Below, in pieces: positions 50,902 to 54,803 of a stretch of DNA of 54,803 nt (positions within the stretch are counted from its first letter, which is position 1; each line of letters opens with the position of its first letter). Under the pieces are notes generated by a model, which saw nothing but the letters and a program-made list of their open reading frames with translations, was not told the DNA's origin and made no database searches. This DNA comes from Gemmatimonadales bacterium. Lineage in GTDB: Bacteria > Gemmatimonadota > Gemmatimonadetes > Longimicrobiales > Gaopeijiaceae. A program made the position numbers and the translations under genes. Location: the NCBI GenBank assembly GCA_007692505.1, contig REBX01000131.1, positions 1 through 54,803 of the forward strand. The letters run 5' to 3'.

Positions 50902-53900
50902 GCCACCACCTCCTGCTCGTCCAGGTTCGGGCGCAGCCAGCGCTCCGCCTCCTGCAAGGTCATCCCCTTCCTGGCGGCATAGTCGGCCAGCTGGTCGGGC
51001 CCCACCCGGCCCACACCGAAGTAGAATGCGTCGGGATGGGAGAAGTACCATCCACTCACCGATGCGGTGGGCAGCATGGCGCAGCTCTCGGTGAGCTCGA
51101 TACCCAGGTCCCGGGCCCCCACTATCTCCATGAGGGTCCGCTTTTCGGAGTGGTCCGGACAGGCGGGGTAACCCGGGGCCGGCCGGATGCCCCGATAGCG
51201 TTCCCGAACGAGTTCGTGGTTGTTGAAGGATTCGTCGGGCGCATAGCCCCAGAGCGTTCGGCGCACCCGCTCGTGCAGGCGCTCGGCATAGGCCTCGGCC
51301 AGGCGGTCGGCCAGGGACCGGGCCAGAATGCTCCGGTAGTCGTCGTGTGCGGCATCGAAACGGGCCGTGAGGCCGTCGAGGCCAAGCCCTGCCGTCACCG
51401 CAAAGGCGCCCACCCAGTCGCCAGGCGCGCCGGCATCCCGAGCCTTCACGAAGTCGGCCAGCGCAAGGTTGGGCCGCCCGGCCCGCTTGTCGAACTGCTG
51501 GCGCAGGGTGTGGATGCGCGCCCTCACCTCGGTCCGTCCTTCGTCGGTGTAGAGTTCGATGTCGTCGCCCGTTCGGGCGGCCGGCATGAGGATGGCTGCG
51601 CCCCGAGCCTCCAGATGGCCTTCCCGGATGATCTCCTCCAGGAGGGTCTCCCCGTCCCTCAGGAGGTCCGAGGCCGCATCGCCCACCTCGGGGTCCGAAA
51701 GGATGTCGGGGTAGGTGCCCCTGAGCTCCCAGGCCGCGAAGAAGGGGGACCAGTCGATATACGGCCGGAGGGTCGCCAGGTCCTCCTCCACGAAGAGATG
51801 GCGACCGGGGACTGCCGGGCGAGGCGGCTTGTAGCCCGTCCAGTCGACGGGAAAGGGGTTGTCCCGGGCGGCCTCGATGGTGAGAAGCGGTGTCCGCTCC
51901 CGCCGACCCCGATACCGGTCCCTCAGCCCTGCGTACTCCTCCCGGGTGCGCGCCACGAAGGCCGGGGCATCGCGGGAGCTGAGCAGCCGACTCACCACCC
52001 CCACGGCCCGCGAGGCATCGTCCACATGGAGGACCGGCGCCCGCCGTGCCGCCTCGATCTTCACCGCCGTGTGGGTGCGAGACGTGGTGGCGCCCCCGAT
52101 GAGCAGGGGCAGCTCCACGCCCTCCCTCTCCAGCTCCCCGGCCACATGGACCATCTCGTCCAGCGAGGGCGTGATGAGGCCCGACAGACCAATGATGTCG
52201 GCCCCTTCCTCGCGGGCCTGGCTCACGATCCGGTCGGCGGGCACCATGACGCCCAGGTCCACCACCCGGTAGCCGTTGCACTGGAGCACGACCCCGACAA
52301 TGTTCTTGCCGATGTCGTGCACGTCGCCCTTCACGGTGGCCAGGAGGACCGTCCCCTTCCCCGCCTGCTCCGACACCTCTTCGCCGGCCGCCTCCGCCCG
52401 GGCCGTCTCGGCCTCGATGTGGGGAATCAGGTGGGCCACCGCCTTCTTCATGACCCGGGCGCTTTTCACCACCTGGGGCAGGAACATCCTGCCCGAGCCG
52501 AAGAGGTCGCCCACCCGGTTCATACCGTCCATGAGGGGACCCTCGATCACCTCGATGGCCCGGTCTGCGGCGAGGCGCGCCTCCTCCACATCGGTCTCGA
52601 CCCAGTCGTCCATCCCCTGGACGAGGGCGTGCACCAGGCGGTCCCTGGCACCGGCCTCCCGCCACGACAGGTCCTCCACCCTGCGGGCCTCCACGCCCCG
52701 GTGCGCCTCGGCCAGCTCGGTGAGGCGCTCGGTGGCGTCGGGGACTCGGCAGAAGAGGGCATCCTCCAGCGCCTCCCGCATCTCGGCGGGGATCTCGTCG
52801 TAGACCGGAAGGGCCCCGGCATTGACGATCCCCATGTCGAGCCCGGCCTTCACCGCGTGGTAGAGGAAGACGCTGTGGAAGGCCTCCCTCAGCCGCGGGC
52901 TCCCGCGAAACGAGAAGGAGAGGTTCGAGATGCCCCCCGACACCAGGGCGTGGGGACAGGCCTCCTTGATCTGTCGGGTGGCCTCCAGGAACGCCATGCC
53001 GTACGTGTCGTGCTCCGCCATTCCCGTGGCGATGGCGAAGACGTTGGGGTCGAAGATGATGTCCTCGGGCGGCACCCCCACCTCCTCGGTGAGGATCCGG
53101 TAGGCCCGTCGGCAGATGGCCAACTTCCGCTCGGCGGTGGCGGCCTGCCCCTCCTCGTCGAAGGCCATGACCACCATGGCGGCCCCGTAGCGGAGGATGC
53201 GGCGGGCCCGCTCCCTGAACACCTCCTCGCCGTCCTTGAGCGAGATCGAGTTCACCACCCCCTTGCCCTGGATCCGGCGGAGCCCGGCCTCCAGCACCTC
53301 CCACCTGGACGAATCCAGCATGATGGGGATCCGGGCGATGTCGGGCTCGGCCGCCACCAGGTTGAGGAACCGGACCATGGCGGCCTCCGAGTCGAGGAGG
53401 CCCTCGTCCATGTTGATGTCGAGGATCTGCGCTCCCCCCTCCACCTGGTGGCGGGCCACCTCGAGGGCCTCGTCGTAGCGCTCGTCCTCGATGAGCCTTC
53501 TAAAGCGCCTGGAGCCCGTGACGTTCGTGCGCTCCCCCACGTTCACGAAGTTCAGCTCGGGGCCGATGTTCAGAGGCTCAAGCCCACTCAGCCGACATCG
53601 AACCGGACGATCGGGCGCGGTGCGGGGCGCCAGGCCCTCCACGGCATCTGCAATGGCCCGGATGTGCTCGGGCGAGGTGCCGCAACACCCTCCGGCCACA
53701 TTGAGCCATCCCGCCTCCGCCCAGCCCCCGATGGCGTCGGCCATGTCGGTGGGCGTGAGGTCGTAGCCCCCGAACTCGTTGGGAAGCCCCGCATTGGGAT
53801 GGCAGGAGGTGCGCACCTCGGCCAGCCCCGAGAGCTCCTCCACGTAGGGCCTGAGCTGTGCCGGGCCCAGCGCGCAGTTGAGCCCCACCGAAAAGGGCCT

Positions 53901-54677
53901 CGCATGGCGCACGGAGTTCCAGAAGGCCTCCACGGTCTGCCCCGACAGGGTCCGGCCCGACGCATCGGTGAGGGTGCCCGAAATCATGACCGGGCGCCGG
54001 GTGCCCTCTGCCTCGAACACCTGGTCCAGCGCGTAGAGGGCCGCCTTGGCGTTCAGGGTGTCGAAGACGGTCTCCACCATGAAGAGGTCGACGCCGCCCT
54101 CCAGGAGGCCGCCGATCTGTTCCGCGTAGGCCCGGGCGAGCTCCTCGAAGGTGATGTTCCGGAAGCCGGGGTCCTCCACTTTGGGGGACAGCGACGCGGT
54201 GCGGTTCGTGGGCCCCAGGATTCCGCAGACGAAGCGGGGGCGGGAGGGGTCGACGGCCTCGGCAGCAGCGGCGGCCCGGCGGGCGACCCTGGCCGAGGCG
54301 GCGTTCATCTGGTGGACCAGGTGCTCGGTGCCGTAGTCCGCCTGGGCAATGGCCGTGGCCGAGAAGGTGTTCGTCTCGACGATGTCGGCGCCGGCCTCGA
54401 AGTAGGCCGCATGGATGCCCTCGATGACGTCGGGGCGGGTCAGCGACAACAGGTCGTGGTTGCCCTTGAGGTCGGAGGGGTGCTCGGCCAGGAGGGTGCC
54501 CCGGTAATCGGACTCCTCCAGGTCGTGGGCCTGAAGCATGGTGCCCATGGCGCCGTCCAGGACCAGGATGCGCGAGCGGGCGGCCGCTTCGAGGCGACGG
54601 GGCTCATGGGGGGCAGGGCCCGGGAGGTGGGCCCGGGTCCGATCGGAAAGGATGGGACCGGAACTGGAACGAGACAT
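50898..54677 (-). CDS. metH: cobalamin-dependent methionine synthase
   Basis: ATG at 54677 lies 8 nt after AAGGAG. Hcy domain: [19 protein letters not shown]. Pterin-binding domain: [11 protein letters not shown]12-binding motif: [13 protein letters not shown] (DxHxxG). SAM/reactivation domain: YPACPDH. Length is ~1259 aa. Confidence 0.95.
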   Translation of the reverse strand: MSRSSSGPILSDRTRAHLPGPAPHEPRRLEAAARSRILVLDGAMGTMLQAHDLEESDYRGTLLAEHPSDLKGNHDLLSLTRPDVIEGIHAAYFEAGADIVETNTFSATAIAQADYGTEHLVHQMNAASARVARRAAAAAEAVDPSRPRFVCGILGPTNRTASLSPKVEDPGFRNITFEELARAYAEQIGGLLEGGVDLFMVETVFDTLNAKAALYALDQVFEAEGTRRPVMISGTLTDASGRTLSGQTVEAFWNSVRHARPFSVGLNCALGPAQLRPYVEELSGLAEVRTSCHPNAGLPNEFGGYDLTPTDMADAIGGWAEAGWLNVAGGCCGTSPEHIRAIADAVEGLAPRTAPDRPVRCRLSGLEPLNIGPELNFVNVGERTNVTGSRRFRRLIEDERYDEALEVARHQVEGGAQILDINMDEGLLDSEAAMVRFLNLVAAEPDIARIPIMLDSSRWEVLEAGLRRIQGKGVVNSISLKDGEEVFRERARRILRYGAAMVVMAFDEEGQAATAERKLAICRRAYRILTEEVGVPPEDIIFDPNVFAIATGMAEHDTYGMAFLEATRQIKEACPHALVSGGISNLSFSFRGSPRLREAFHSVFLYHAVKAGLDMGIVNAGALPVYDEIPAEMREALEDALFCRVPDATERLTELAEAHRGVEARRVEDLSWREAGARDRLVHALVQGMDDWVETDVEEARLAADRAIEVIEGPLMDGMNRVGDLFGSGRMFLPQVVKSARVMKKAVAHLIPHIEAETARAEAAGEEVSEQAGKGTVLLATVKGDVHDIGKNIVGVVLQCNGYRVVDLGVMVPADRIVSQAREEGADIIGLSGLITPSLDEMVHVAGELEREGVELPLLIGGATTSRTHTAVKIEAARRAPVLHVDDASRAVGVVSRLLSSRDAPAFVARTREEYAGLRDRYRGRRERTPLLTIEAARDNPFPVDWTGYKPPRPAVPGRHLFVEEDLATLRPYIDWSPFFAAWELRGTYPDILSDPEVGDAASDLLRDGETLLEEIIREGHLEARGAAILMPAARTGDDIELYTDEGRTEVRARIHTLRQQFDKRAGRPNLALADFVKARDAGAPGDWVGAFAVTAGLGLDGLTARFDAAHDDYRSILARSLADRLAEAYAERLHERVRRTLWGYAPDESFNNHELVRERYRGIRPAPGYPACPDHSEKRTLMEIVGARDLGIELTESCAMLPTASVSGWYFSHPDAFYFGVGRVGPDQLADYAARKGMTLQEAERWLRPNLDEQEVVA

Positions 54678-54737
54678 GTCTGTTGCTCCTTCACACCGCC
54701 CCGGTCGTGCGCGGCGGGCGGTCGCGAAGGGGCAACG

Positions 54738-54768
54738 AAAAACCCCGGTCGCGAGATGCACGCCGGGG
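54738..54768 (-). terminator. intrinsic terminator-like hairpin with U-tract, ~60 nt upstream of the metH start (terminator of the preceding gene, or an attenuator)
   Basis: The minus strand reads CCCCGG-cgtgcatctcgcga-CCGGGG-TTTTT. This is the only hairpin in the window with a clear T-run. Confidence 0.5.
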
Positions 54769-54803
54769 AGTGGCCTTTTAGCGGTTCGGTTTCCCGGGTC
54801 GCA

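Noticed and set aside
54678-54761. N-terminal extensions in the ORF track. Examples are metH from 54761, the TonB receptor from 35975, the metalloprotease from 1779, the receptor from 12088, the DUF4236 gene from 31449, the SDR from 23504 and the lipoprotein from 20191.
   Set aside because: The extensions are PGR-rich. They overlap upstream genes, a riboswitch or repeats. In each case an internal ATG or GTG is followed by a signal peptide or family N-terminus and has an RBS or a 4-nt coupled overlap.

Overview
This is a very GC-rich (roughly 70%) chromosomal window from a diderm bacterium, with several TonB-dependent receptors and lipoproteins. I cannot fix the taxonomy without a database search. 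I support about 38 protein genes. Many are joined by 4-nt start/stop overlaps (ATGA, GTGA, TTGA), which implies translationally coupled operons. Left to right, the window contains: (1) a WYL regulator coupled to three envelope proteins, including an Ig-like/metzincin lipoprotein; (2) a TetR regulator and an S1/P1-like nuclease; (3) a 1.2-kb repeat-filled non-coding region; (4) a Y-family polymerase (imuB-like), a small Trp-rich ORF, pterin dehydratase and a phosphoesterase; (5) an Oar-like TonB receptor, an aldehyde dehydrogenase, an M14 peptidase, a family-5 uracil-DNA glycosylase, a TonB_C lipoprotein, a YjbQ-like protein and an SDR; (6) error-prone polymerase dnaE2; (7) an MBL hydrolase, citrate synthase and a DUF4236 protein; (8) a cobalamin-riboswitch-controlled TonB receptor with a lipoprotein; (9) a three-gene two-component cluster; (10) an APC permease-Usp fusion, pyrD and a PAS protein; and (11) a metH / Hcy-methyltransferase-MTHFR / MTHFR-like operon. 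No rRNA, tRNA, CRISPR array or transposase is evident. The most unusual signals are non-coding. First, three loci (8.3-9.1, 27.1-27.5 and 31.3-32.0 kb) carry a conserved pair of ~36-nt hairpins embedded in tandem-repeat arrays and, at two of the loci, AT-rich twin boxes. Second, a 17-nt direct-repeat motif sits exactly 3 nt upstream of the ATG of both imuB and dnaE2, although the two genes lie 13 kb apart and no imuA is present. All product calls rest on motifs I recognise by eye. No BLAST, HMM or Rfam search was run.
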